Below, in pieces: positions 31,990 to 49,519 of a stretch of DNA of 64,000 nt. The stretch lies in assembly GCF_009914755.1 (NCBI RefSeq), contig NC_060925.1. The stretch is one strand, 5' to 3'. Made by a program: the position numbers and the translations under genes. The stretch's first letter is position 1; each line of letters opens with the position of its first letter. The notes under the pieces are model-generated. The model was not told the DNA's origin. It saw nothing but the letters and a program-made list of their open reading frames with translations, and made no database searches. The stretch comes from the human T2T-CHM13v2.0 reference genome, Homo sapiens.

Positions 31990-32498
31990 TGCCATTTTTC
32001 ATATAATTAGAAAAAAAACCTAAAATTCACAGGAAACCAAAAAAAGAGTCTTATTGCCAAAGCAATCTTAAGCAAAAAGAACAAAACTGGAGGCATCACA
32101 CTACCTGACTTCAAATTCAACTACAAGGCTGTAGTAACTAAAAAAGCATATTTACAGCAAACTAATCTTTGACAAAGTTGACAAAAACAAAAAGGAAAAG
32201 ATCCTCTTTTCAATAAATGGTGCTGAGAAATCTGATTTGCCTTAAGCAGAAGAATTAAACTAGACTCCTATCTCTTACCATATACAAAAATCAACTCAAG
32301 AAGGATTCAAGAATTTAAACATAAGACCTGAAACTATAAAAATACTGAAAGAAAACATAGGGAAAACTCTTCTGGACATTGGTCTAGGCAAATAATTCAT
32401 GACTAAGACCTCAAAAGCACAGGCAAAAGAAACCCCCAACTAGACAAATGAGATTTAATTAAACTAAAAAGCTTCTGCACAGCAAAAGAAATAACCAA
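31990..32498 (+). mobile_element. Internal L1 ORF2 fragment (L1PB/L1MA-like)
   Basis: gcaaaaagaacaaaactggaggcatcacactacctgacttcaaa...aaactaaaaagcttctgcacagcaaaagaaa; no 3'UTR or tail. Confidence 0.85.
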
Positions 32499-35269
32499 AA
32501 TGTTTTCTTATGTACCACATTAATTCATGGTAACATCACAGAAAGTTAGAAATGCAGAAGAAATAGTTGAAATATTTCGTAGTAACCCTCTATATGTTTT
32601 GTTGTTCTCTTTTCGTTCTTATCAACTATAAAGTTAAATTTATGGATATTGTGAAAAGATTATTTTCTTTTTATTAAATGAGTGAAATGATATGTGGTAA
32701 AAAGATAGGTTTAAATAATCTTAGAATTTATGTATGTGCTTTCTAATGATAAATGCTTGAGGTGATAAAAAATTTAAAATATATTCTGCTTCAAAAAAAG
32801 TATGAGCTTTTTACTACAAAGTTTCATTTTTAGAATAATATATTAATATTCATTTGTCCAAAATATATGAAAACTACCATTTAGTATGTTAGATCCAAGT
32901 GTGCACAATGTAAAATGACAATTAGTTAAAATGAAATTTAAAATTTATCTAAAATGTTTCATTTAAAAGAAAGGTGGGACAAAATCACAAATCAATAAAT
33001 CATTGCAACAAGACTAATGTTATATAAATTAAGTCTATATTTCTAATACCAAAATGCTACAAACTATTCATTCTGAAGAATAATAATTAATATGTTTTAT
33101 GATAGAGCACTGATATATGAAGGAGATGTTAGATTATGAAGTCTTCATCACTTATCGTGTAACTATTTACCTCATTATATAAAGCACTTGTTTAGGTACA
33201 TATTTTTTCAGAAAGAACAACAAATTACTCTGTATGTACAAAGTTATAAAATATGTATAAATCTTAAGAAAATATCCTGACATATTTCCAAGTATTGACA
33301 AAATTAGTGAAGTGCAAAAGTTATTTATAGCAATTTTACAGTACATGAAGAACAGGTTAAATATATTTAGACAAAATGCAATGTGACTAAAAGATACTGG
33401 TTTTTTTATTCTTCATTGTCAGTGACTGGAAATAAATTTTCCAATTAAAAATGGGTATACATTCAGCCAGAATCAAAGCTGATGTTAGAAATTTGTAATC
33501 TATTAGAAATTATACTATTCTTGATTAAAAAACATCAACAACAACAAAAAACAAACAAACAAAAAAATGAAGGTTAGAATTCTGCTTCTATCGTGCTGTC
33601 ACATAAAAAAAAATCAAAAGAAAGGAGCAAAATTAAAACTGTGTTTTTTAGTGTAACTCATTTTGACTGGGATTGATTCAAAATGATTCAGATTGACTGA
33701 ATTATTCTCATAAGAGTCAAAGTTGGCAAAGTGTTACTATAATATACATAGGCTTTAAATTAAATGGAAACAATGTGGAAGGAAGTTTCTCAGAACTAAA
33801 CACCTGGCATTCATGCCTATTTTCAAGAGTAGCACTGAAATAATGACAACTTTCCCTCTGCATTCAAATTCTTTAGGAAACAAGATAAGCCGATAAAAGC
33901 TAATAATCCTAGAGACTAGCTCCCACAACAATTGAGTCAGCATTAGAGCCAAAAGGAGATGATGCAAAGAGAAGAGGAAAAGGTGTGTGCCTTGGTGCCT
34001 TTTGTCTAACCTGATGATATCCTCAGAGACAAGTGCTCTCACATAGGAGACTAAGCAAGATGAAAAATGTTTTCTAGGACAACTGAATGGAATGAAAAGT
34101 GTGTTTTCAGTTTCAACACCAACTAACTGGAACAGTTTCAACACACAACTTTAAATTTAAGAATATATTAAAAAAGGCAGTCAATCAAAGAATGCAGTAA
34201 GATTTATCTAATGAGTTAAAAATTATCTTAATCAAATAATGATTATAATCAAAATACTAGAATACAGGTGTCAAGCTGAAGTAGATATCAAAATATAATA
34301 ACATAATCTAATCTTATTACATTTTTCTGAGAATTAAATGCTTTAATTAAAAGAAATAAATTTAAATATAATATAAAATACACAAAAAACTTGAGACCAA
34401 GAAAGGAAATCATTTTTAAGAATAGAGTAAGTCTACACTGCAGATATCCTTTAACAAGTAGCATATTAAGGAATTTTTTAGTGTTTTCACTGCATAATAT
34501 ATGATGTTATAAATATAATTCTTCCCTTTCTGAAAATTGGTAGTTTATTTTTTAAAGCACGCAAATATCCATGATAATTTTCTTGAAAATTCTATTAAGA
34601 AGTGAGCATGAATGCATAAATAAGAAATCAATGAATCATTTTGACATTTTTATAAAAGGAAGAGCAGACCTTTAAATGAAATCATGTTCACAAGAAAAAA
34701 AAAGCTATTCTGAGCCCAGATATTGTGGTTCATGCCAAATATTTTGACAAGTGACAAGGATAGGTCAGAGTATTCATAATGAAAATATAACTCAAAATAT
34801 AACAAAATGAATGATTCATTCCTTTGTGGCTTGCAGGATTCCTTTTTCCCTTTAAGTCAGTTACATCAACCAATCTCTTCTATTTTGAGTACTATTACTA
34901 GACATTCATGGACTGCAGTGTATCCTAGCTTAGTCACTTTCTAAGGAAAATCTTTGATGAAATTACAGGAATCCTCTAGGGCTCAGCTTTCTCAGCTTAT
35001 AAATGTGGATATTAAGGACACCGTAATTGTGAGGTTCCTGCTTAAAGAACATAATACCTGCACTCATTCAATATAATAATTGGCAACCAAAACACAATAT
35101 TGCAAAATCATTTTAACTTTAATTTTTGCAACTACTAGATGACATGTGAATCATATAACTATGTAAAAGGCTTAGAAACACACATACTAGAAGCACTTAA
35201 ACTACTACCCAATATTATTACAGTTCTTAATTCATGCTGTTTCAAACTGTGTGTCACTAACATATTTAC

Positions 35270-35323
35270 CTTTTCTCCAACACCACCAACTGAACCAACA
35301 GACCCTGGGGGTCCTTGTGGTCC
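35270..35323 (-). CDS. COL11A1: COL11A1 exon 49 (54 bp) GPQGPPGSVGSVGGVGEK
   Basis: acactgcag|GGA...AAG|gtaaat; also visible in ORF 35159..35377. Confidence 0.97.
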
Positions 35324-36476
35324 CTGCAGTGTAGAAAAAGGAATGTAATTATCCATATTCTTATTAAAATAATGCATTCGTAAACATATGTCTAGTTGTT
35401 CTCAAAAAAGAGAAATAGATGCATGAGTATTCTTAGTCATTTAAAGAATGAGACTAAATGATGCTTAATAGAATTGTCAAATGTGTTGGAAAGCAAATAA
35501 TTCAATATATTACACTGATTTTCAAATTCACTATAATTTTGAAGATAAAGCAGGAGACTTTCAAACTCTGGTTGATTCCTGAAACATAATTTCAATCTCT
35601 TTGCCAATAGAATAGTCAGATTGGTTTTAGGCGGTGATTTTGTAGTGAATCAAAATTATGACCCTGGTTAAGAATTACATAATCCACGCAAGAAACAAAC
35701 CCCTTATAACATCTTTTAGCTTTTAAATTACCTAAGAAGAATGAAAATCTAAAAACTCTTTTAATTCCTCTCTTTCTAGTCTATTTTTACTCAGTTCTGG
35801 CCTGCCAGAATTAAAGCAGATATTAAATAATGAAGAAAATGAAGACCAGAGACATGAAGGAAACATAGACTTCTTCATTGTGAAAAGCTGGCCAGAAGGA
35901 AAAATATCATCAAAGCCATGGATCCATTAATGGTAACAGTAAGATAAATATGGCATTATATTTCAAAATCTTATAACATTAAAATAATTTTTAAGCTTGG
36001 AGAATATCATCTTTATACAATTAAGAGAAAACATTTTACATGATAAAGGGTGCACCTATCACGCACATATTGCTGTAACATTATATAGTCTGAAAATACA
36101 AAATGCAAAGCTTTTACATGAAAGCCACTGTTAACAAGTGCATAAGAGTTATCATATGCAAGGCACAGTCTAAGTATGTTGGTTTGAACAATGTAGTAAT
36201 TTTAATATATACAACATTATAACATTTCTCAGTCACCAGTAAATATCTATTGAATGGAAAATGTGTACCTATGTTACATTTTCCATGATTTGTTCACTAT
36301 AAATTCCATTTATTTCATTGTATAATAAAGTGGAGTGAATAGGTGACCCTTGAGTTCTTAACCACTTAATATTAAACAATAGTTTAATATTGTTATAACT
36401 CACAAAGAGCATCTGCTATAAAATAACAATACCTATATAACTTCAAAATAATTAACATATATTTCAGAGTTCTTAC

Positions 36477-36530
36477 ATCAGCTCCATTGGGACCTTGAGG
36501 GCCTCTTGGGCCTGGAGGACCAGGTGGCCC
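36477..36530 (-). CDS. COL11A1: COL11A1 exon 48 (54 bp) GPPGPPGPRGPQGPNGAD
   Basis: ctctcttacag|GGG...GAT|gtaaga; also visible in ORF 36393..36593. Confidence 0.97.
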
Positions 36531-37154
36531 CTGTAAGAGAGAAATATTGAGGTTTACAAAGACCAAATTCAAATGTGTTTCCAACATTTTCATTTTATGA
36601 CTGAAAAATCTAAAAGAAGTTTAAGCTTGTAAAAACTATAGTTAGTGAAGCACATCAGGGTTATAAGTCATCCTTCATGGATACAACATCATGTTAGCAA
36701 ATGAGCCTTTACACATAGCTATGAGGAAATTAGGATTTCAAGAGAAACAATTTGATTAGAAAATGGGCCAAGAAAGCCTATTGCTACTGTCTGGTATAAT
36801 GTGTTCACAATATAACTAGATATATTTCATGCTAGAATATGTTACAACATAAAGAGAATGTAAAGTTGGAAAAATAAATGGTGCTTGAATAGAATTAGAA
36901 TTCATTAACTCAATAGAAGTATTTTTTGTTGATAGGTATTTTTAGCTTTTTCTATGTCAACTCTTAGGTTCTATATGCTAGAATTAGAAATAAGAATAAT
37001 TATTTAATTTCATCGTAAAACAAAGATTTTCTCTCCTGACAGTGCAGTAAAATTAACTTGGAAAACTTTTTATAAAATACTGATGCCAGAAACTCCTATC
37101 TCAAAGTTGTGATTAAAATAGTCTACAGCGAATTTGTTTTTCACTGTACATTAG

Positions 37155-37657
<503 letters not shown>

Positions 37658-38294
37658 AGCAAAGTTTTTTATGCATTTCTTATATCTAGGTTTATTAATG
37701 ATGATATGGATCATTTCAAAGAATATAATAGATTTGAGTGTAATTCCTAAGGAGAATAAAACCTAACAGACAAGTGTTAAAATTTCAAAATGTGTATTTT
37801 GAAGGAAGTGAAAATTGGGGGCAATGTTGAAGGAAAGGGCCACTTAAGACATGCAGTCATCACATTTCATTATGGATTTCAATTACCTTTGCTAATTATT
37901 TTCTTATCTAAGGTAGTGCTTCATAAACAATTATATGCATTTCAAATTTTCAGTTCAGGTCTTAGAGAGCCAGAATCAATAAATGCAAATAATTATAAGT
38001 CATAGCATTCTAATTAAGACAGAATTATTAAATTAAGAATTTGTTTCAAAGTAGTTAATTTTTGATTCTGTATAAATTGCTAATTATCTAAATCTTGAGT
38101 GAATATTACCTATTCTCTACCTGCTCCAAATCAAAATCCAGAGCTAAAGACTAATATATAACTAAATCATGTCAGTTGCTTATATACACCTCAATAATAT
38201 ATACATAGTAATGAAAGAACACATAATACTTTACAAACCAGTGACTGCCATGCATATAACACATACCCATCAAACACCAAAAATAAAAACTTAC

Positions 38295-38348
38295 CATGGG
38301 ACCAACATCCCCATTTTCACCTTTTTCACCAGGTGGGCCTGGCAGACC
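38295..38348 (-). CDS. COL11A1: COL11A1 exon 47 (54 bp) GLPGPPGEKGENGDVGPM
   Basis: attttcttag|GGT...ATG|gtaagt. Confidence 0.97.
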
Positions 38349-38885
38349 CTAAGAAAATATAATAGAAAAATAATAAAAGTCACTGATGTCTTTAAAAAAA
38401 AAAGTTTGGTCAATTTCTAAGATAAAATCAAGTATAAAGTTCAATAAGTACATGGAAATTAAGATTCAGATACTAACATTTGTTAAAATACCTACTATGC
38501 AAATGTTGACCACATGTGATAAAATCTTACACCTACATTTACAAATAAAATTTATGTTTTGTATAATATTATATTGTTTATTTTTAGTTATAATAACTAA
38601 ATATTAATTTGATCTGGGAATTTATGAACACCCAACCATTTGCTCAGTCCCGTACAAATAATATATAGAACTTCCCTGGTACAGATTTCTGGAATCTTTT
38701 GACTCAAAATATTTTAGTATATGAGGTTTTTATAGTTAGGTACCAGTCTGGTAAAATAAATATTCCAATACATTTCAAAGGTTATAAATATCTTCTGAAT
38801 TTTTGACCTGTTAATTCAATTTCTGAATCTTACAAATCAATGAGCCCATGAAACCTACTATATTATACTTTTAAAAATTCTTTCA

Positions 38886-39242
<357 letters not shown>

Positions 39243-39329
39243 TTAGGAAAAGCTCTGTGTTACAGTATAAAGGAAGACAGAAAGATTGCACTCAAATTTC
39301 ATCTGTCTATGTCTTCTCCGAAAAATTAT

Positions 39330-39582
39330 TTTAGTTCTTGACTACTTATTTGATCTTCCCAAAAATTATTCCATGAAGATTATTATTTCCTCTTTCATGT
39401 CACAACAATACTTTGTACATACTTCAATTGTACATTTATAAATTTTCTTATGTCACTTTTGTGTATATTTACAGTCATGAACTACTCTGGGGCATGCATT
39501 CATCAGTGATCTTTTAGGTGTTAACTGTTTAGGAACTAGCAGAGGAGCAATCAAAAATTAAAATGTTTGTTGAATGAATGAA
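39330..39582 (+). mobile_element. L2 3' end remnant
   Basis: ends aaatgtttgttgaatgaatga, the typical L2 terminus. Confidence 0.5.
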
Positions 39583-40094
39583 CTCTAAGAAAATAAACTA
39601 ATAAGGATAGCTACATTCAATAAAATGTTTCTTGCTAACAGTAGCTATGATACTGAAAATCCTGTCATTCCAAAAGTTTAATCTTAGAAAAAAGAACTAA
39701 AGAAATTCAGTTACATAAAGTAGTGGAATGTTATGTGACTATTAATGTGATACTAATACTCTAAACATGAATAATATATACAACAAATAAAAAATACAAA
39801 TGAATATGCATAAGTTTAACTGTAAAATATGTAGGTAGAATAGGTATGCTAATTATCAGACAAATAGCAAACATAGTAATCGTTTCTAATATTGTAGGAT
39901 TATGGATTTTTTTCAGTTTTTCATGTTTTTAGTGTATAATTATTTATATATTAATACATCTTATATATGCTATACATAATTAATTTTTAATGTTTGCATA
40001 ATATTTTAGATGTAATCTATTTTAGACATAAAAATACAATGTAAAAGCTCTAAATAACTGCTAGTACTTTCGTGACATTACTGACTTCTTGACA

Positions 40095-40360
40095 CTGCAC
40101 TGTAATTGCTGAATATTATTTGACTGTGAGCCACTGTGAAAAATGTATTTTACTTAATGCTCCCTAACCATGCGCATGTAAAGTAGCTGAAACATGAGTT
40201 TCAAAAAAGCAGTACTTAGCCTTTTGCATAGATGATAGCCTTTGATATTTTCATTCTATTTTACCTTATCATGTTCTATTTCATTTTTTCAATGCTGGTA
40301 ATGATCCACAAAATTTTTTTATAACCTACTATATCCACATGACTTTCAGTTTGTAAAGAA
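40095..40360 (-). mobile_element. Small hAT-Charlie-type DNA transposon remnant (subfamily not resolved)
   Basis: tgatattttcattctatt...ctatttcattttttcaatgctggtaatgatccac...gactttcagtttg resembles a short Charlie-family element recalled from memory. Confidence 0.45.
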
Positions 40361-42393
40361 GGAACTTTACTGAATATATTTATATATTTGTTTAATTGTG
40401 GCATATATTCATTTTTATGAGGAAATCTTAGTTACTAATTTGTAACAAAAAATATGTACCAGAATTTCATTTTTTTCTCAAATGTCAGTAAGATGTCTAA
40501 GAAAAGAGACTGCTATATATACTTCCCAAACTGTTACCATCATCTGATGACTGTTTCTAGAATTATAAGTGAAGTTTCTGGAAGAAAAAGACAGGTAGTA
40601 TTTCTCAGATCTTATAGACCTAAAAATTGTAGGTGACTGCAAAAAATTTTAGGTTCTAAATCAGTCAATTTCAGAAATTCAAAATCTGAATTTGATGAAA
40701 CACATAAACTTAAATTCTTAAACATGCATGTATATTTTAACACAGTTTAAATAAATATTTCACTTTAACACCATTTTCTTAAATAGCATACACTGCAACT
40801 TAAACATAATTAAGTTTCCAAAAACACCATAAATTTAAAATTACATTCCTTATTTTTTGTCCAGGTTTTCACACCCTTTTAGGATAGAGTGCATCTAATT
40901 TAGTATCCCCAAATTAAAAGGTATGTCAATATTAATTCACAGTTTTTTTATTACAAACCCAGTTGTGCATTTTCATCTTTTTTATGCATATAATTATTCC
41001 AATTAGTTCAATAAAAATATCCCAATAGAAAAAAATTTATTTATTTTTAATTCAGTTAGATCATAGTTTGTATTGATTAAGACAAAAAATTATTATTATT
41101 ACAATTAGTGGAGACACAATGAGTCAAAATCTCTTGTTGCATGGAACTAAACACTCTGAAAAGCACTCTAGGGTTAATCCATTCTCATGAAATGTCCTAC
41201 CTTTCTCCAAAGAGGTAATTTATGCGTGGAGAGATTCTGTTTTAAGGTCTGTCAATTTAAAATCATTGCCACTTAAATGATGAGTTGAAAAATGAAGTTA
41301 GGCCAAGAATGCACACTCTCTCTCACTCCATATATGTGTGTGTGTGTATATATCCTTCATATGCAGATGACAGTAAACATCAAATTGAAAAATCAAGACA
41401 TGTAACCTGAATATTAGATTATTTTATTTATGTCTATTATAATTGCTAATATCTATTCTGCCATGAAGACTCAATTAAAGGAGGCAGATGCAATTGTGAA
41501 CATGTTAATTACATTAGCATCATTCAGTTTCCTGATTTACAGAAGTAGCTGTGGGAAAATGCAATCACTTTTTTAAATGAATTGATTTCTTGAGTCACCC
41601 TCATCAAAGAGCACATTTCTTCGTGAAAATGAAGATGATGTTTATTGAATATTTTATAAACATAATCTACAAGACACCTACTTTAATCATGAGAACTGTT
41701 TCTAAATTACAGTTTTATAGGATTCAGAGTAGTCAAATAAAAAAAAGAAAATGAATATTAATGTAACCATTGACAATCTAATTTTAATGCCTTGTTTTCA
41801 AATATGTATGCTTCACACACATATTGATATGTGGTACTTATGACTGTTTACGTATAATTGTCTAACAAGTATAACCTAAACATGACAAATATGAAAGTGA
41901 AGTTTTTGCACTCTCCAAGTTTAAAAAGAATTATTTTGACCTTAAAATGAGATAAATAAAAAATCTTGTTATCTGATAAACATTTATTAAGTGTTTTAAC
42001 AGTAATAATTCATTATATTGTGTTCATGATGCAATTTGTGTAATTATGCACATAAGATATTTAATATCAACACAGTAATTTTATAATCATATTTATAAAA
42101 ATAAAGATACAAATTTTTTATATAAATTCAATTTACATAGGCTTTTCTACAAGTTCACAAATTTCTAGGTTCAGTGAACTAGATGACTTAATTTACCATT
42201 TCTAATACAAATAATATACCATAAGTTACCCTCATGTGGGACCTCAATATCATTTAAGACAAAATGCTATAATCTTTCCGTGGATCACTAGGAAGAGACA
42301 GAATAAGCAAGTGGAAGAAAAAAGCTCAACGTTTCCAAGGTTTATAGGAAGCAGTGAACATCAAGCGGAAGGTAAAAAAACAAGCCAGAATAC

Positions 42394-42626
42394 GGCCAGG
42401 CGCAGTGGCTCACGCCTGTAATCCCAGCACTTTGGGAGGCTGAGGTGGGCGGATCACGAGGTCAGGAGATCGAGACCATCCTGGCTAACACGGTGAAACC
42501 CCGTCTCCGGAGAATGGCATGAACCTGGGAAGCGGAGCTTGCAGTGAGCCGAGAGCAGGCCACTGCACTGCAGCCTGGGTGACAGCGTGAGACGCCGTCT
42601 CAAAAAAACAAAAAAAAAACCAAAAA
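42394..42626 (+). mobile_element. AluY with an internal deletion
   Basis: left arm ends ccccgtctc and joins directly to ggagaatggcatgaacc; TSD core ccagaata. Confidence 0.92.
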
Positions 42627-43276
42627 CCCAGAATAGAAGGTATCTGTTCTGGAACATGTTGTTTAAGAGTCCAATTGTAAGATATATTTGAACAGAGGCT
42701 GTAGTGTTCTACAATTTAATATTTATTTTCCTGGATATGTTTCATAAAATTCAAATTACAATTTTAAAATGATAATAATCGATCTTAAATGATCGACTTA
42801 ATTTATTTTACCTATTATTGTTTAACATGTGCTGTTGGCAGTTGCTTTTGGCAGGATCCTATTTCTCAAAATGCTTTCAATTTTTTTAGCCATCTTGAAA
42901 GTAAAGAGTCATAGGTCGAGTTTCTCCGGGGAAAGGAAGCGAAAGTGTCTCCAGATCCGCCCCTGTCTGCCTGGGACTTCGTGTTCCTCCTATTGCTATC
43001 AATCTGAAGTACTAACTTATCTTGTTATGAGTCCTATGAGAGGACCCTTCTAATATCTTACTTTTTTTTTTATTATACTTTAAGTTTTAGGGTACATGTG
43101 CACATTGTGCAGGTTAGTTACATATGTATACATGTGCAATGCTGGTGTGCTGCACCCACTAACTCGTCATCTAGCATTAGGTATATCTCCCAATGCTATC
43201 CCTCCCCTCTCCCCCCACCCCACCACAGTCCCCAGAGTGTGATATTCCCCTTCCTGTGTCCATGTGATCTCATTGT

Positions 43277-47096
<3,820 letters not shown>

Positions 47097-47159
47097 TATG
47101 ATGTTAGCTGGTTATTTTGCTCGTTAGTTGATGCACTTTCTTCCTAGTCTCGATGGTCT

Positions 47160-48175
47160 TTACATTTTGGCCTGATTTTGCAGTGGCTGGTGCCGGTTGT
47201 TCCTTTCCATGTTTAGCACTGCCTTCAGGAGCTCTTTTAGGGCAGGCCTGGTGGTGACAAAATCTCTCAGCATTTGCTTGTCTGTAAAGGATTTTATTTC
47301 TCCTTCACTTATGAAGGTTAGTTTGGCTGGATATGAAGTTCTGGGTTGAAAATTCTTTTCTTTAAGATGTTGAATATTGGCCCCCACTCTCTTCTGGCTT
47401 GTAGGGCTTCTGCCGAGAGATCCGCTGTTAGTCTGATGGGCTTCCCTTTGAGGGTAACCCGACCTTTCTCTCTGGCTGCCCTTAACATTTTTTCCTTCAT
47501 TTCAACTTTGGTGAATCTGACAATTATGTGTCTTGGAGTTGTTCTTCTCGTGGAGTGTCTTTGTGGCATTGTCTGTATTTCCTGAATCTGAACATTGGCC
47601 TGCCTTGCTAGATTGGGGAAGTTCTCCTGGATAATATCCTGCAGAGTGTTTTCCAACTTGGTTCCATTCTCCCTATCACTTTCAGGTACACCAATCAGAC
47701 GTAGATTTGGTCTTTTCACATAGTCCCGTATTTCTTGGAGGCTTTGCTCATTTCTTTTTATTCTTTTTTCTCTAAACTTCCCTTCTTGCTTCATTTCATT
47801 CATTTCATCTTCCCTCGCTGATACCCTTTCTTCCAGTTGATCGCATCGGCTCCTGAGGCTTCTGCATTCTTCACGTAGTTCTCGAGCCTTGGTTTTCAGC
47901 TCCATCAGCTCCTTTAAGCACTTCCCTGTATTGGTTATTCTAGTTATACATTCTTCTAAATTTTTTTCAAAGTTTTCAACTTCTTTGCCTTTGGTTTGAA
48001 TGTCCTCCCGTAGCTCAGAGTAATTTGATCGTCTGAAGCCTTCTTCTCTCAGCTCATCAAAGTCATTCTCCATCCAGCTTTGTTCCATTGCTGGTGAGGA
48101 ACTGCGTTCCTTTGGAGGAGGAGAGGTGCTCTGCTTTTTAGAGTTTCCAGTTTTTCTGTTCTGTTTTTTCCCCAT
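47160..48175 (-). pseudogene. L1 ORF1, frameshifted near 47365
   Basis: MGKKQNRKTGNSK... (47318..48175); the C-terminus continues in another frame (47160..47387). Confidence 0.95.
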
Positions 48176-49076
48176 CTTTGTGGTTTTATCTACTTTTGGT
48201 CTTTGATGATGGTGATGTACAGATGGGTTTTTGGTGTGGATGTCCTTTCTGTTTGTTAGTTTTCCTTCTAACAGACAGGACCCTCAGCTGCAGGTCTGTT
48301 GGAATACCCTGCCGTGTGAGATGTCAGTGTGCCCCTGCTGGGGGGTGCCTCCCAGTTAGGCTGCTCGGGGGTCAGGGGTCAGGGACCCACTTGAGGAGGC
48401 AGTCTGCCTGTTCTCAGATCTCCAGCTGCGTGCTGGGAGAACCACTGCTCTCTTCAAAGCTTTCAGACAGGGACATTTAAGTCTGCAGAGGTTACTGTTG
48501 TCTTGTTTGTCAGTGCTCTGCCCCCCAGAGGTGGAGCCTACAGAGGCAGGCAGGCCTCCTTGAGCTGTGGTGGGCTCCACCCAGCTCGAGCTTCCTGGCT
48601 GCTTTGTTTACCTCAGCAAGCCTGGGCAATGGCGGGCGCCCCTCCCCCAGCCTCGCTGCCACCTTGCAGTTTGATCTCAGACTGCTGTGCTAGCAATCAG
48701 CGAGACTCCGTGGGCGTAGGACCCTCTGAGCCAGGTGCCGGATATAATCTCGTGGTGCGCTGTTTTTTAAGCCGGTCGGAAAAGTGCAGTATTCCGGTGG
48801 GAGTGACCCGATTTTCCAGGTGAGTCCGTCACCCCTTTCTTTGACTCAGAAAGGGAACTCCCTGACCCCTTGTGCTTCCCAAGTGAGGCAATGCCTGGCC
48901 CTGCTTCGGCTCGCACACGGTGCGCGCACCCACTGACCTGCGCCCACTGTCTGGCACTCCCTAGTGAGATGAACCCGGTACCTCAGATGAAAATGCAGAA
49001 ATCACCTGTATTCTGCGTCGCTCACGCTGGGAGCTGTAGACTGGAGCTGTTCCTATTCGGCCATCTTGGCTCCTCC
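48176..49076 (-). promoter_or_regulatory. L1 5'UTR: internal sense promoter plus antisense promoter, CpG-rich, YY1 site intact
   Basis: YY1 motif CAAGATGGCC at 49059-49068 (minus); many retained CpGs at about 48600-49060; promoter roles are established for this family, activity here is not shown. Confidence 0.8.
48629..48823 (+). CDS. L1 ORF0 (antisense ORF), 64 codons, truncated relative to the usual 71
   Basis: gcaATGg start; MAGAPPPASLPPCSLISDCCASNQRDSVGVGPSEPGAGYNLVVRCFLSRSEKCSIPVGVTRFSR* within ORF 48503..48823. Confidence 0.75.
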   Translation: MAGAPPPASLPPCSLISDCCASNQRDSVGVGPSEPGAGYNLVVRCFLSRSEKCSIPVGVTRFSR

Positions 49077-49405
49077 TATCTTACTTTTAAGTATCAGACT
49101 TAGGCAAGGTTGTAATTCATTTTCCAAACAAAATGGGAGTGAAGAAAGGAAGTGTAATAATTAAGGTGGGTCTAAAAATACTCCAGAATCAGGAGCGAGG
49201 GCTGATACATGTTCAGGAGAATTAATCATACATGATAAAATGATTTCAAGTTCAGCTGCTCATTTAAAAATAAAATGATCTTTATGGATAAACATTGTAC
49301 CCAAGTTCTTACGTAGAAAAAAAGAAAAAAATACTTTGTTTTACATCCACCAGAAAACCTGGTGAGAAGTAGGTAGAAATGATGGAGTAAACAATGACAG
49401 GATCA

Positions 49406-49519
<114 letters not shown>

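Noticed and set aside
33755-34144. 129-aa minus-strand ORF in intron 49
   Set aside because: No recognisable domain or Gly-X-Y pattern and no convincing splice context; an ORF of this length is expected by chance in 64 kb.
42828-43053. GC-rich patch as a 3' transduction of the full-length L1
   Set aside because: The TSD (43054-43065) directly abuts the L1 poly(A), so the patch predates the insertion.
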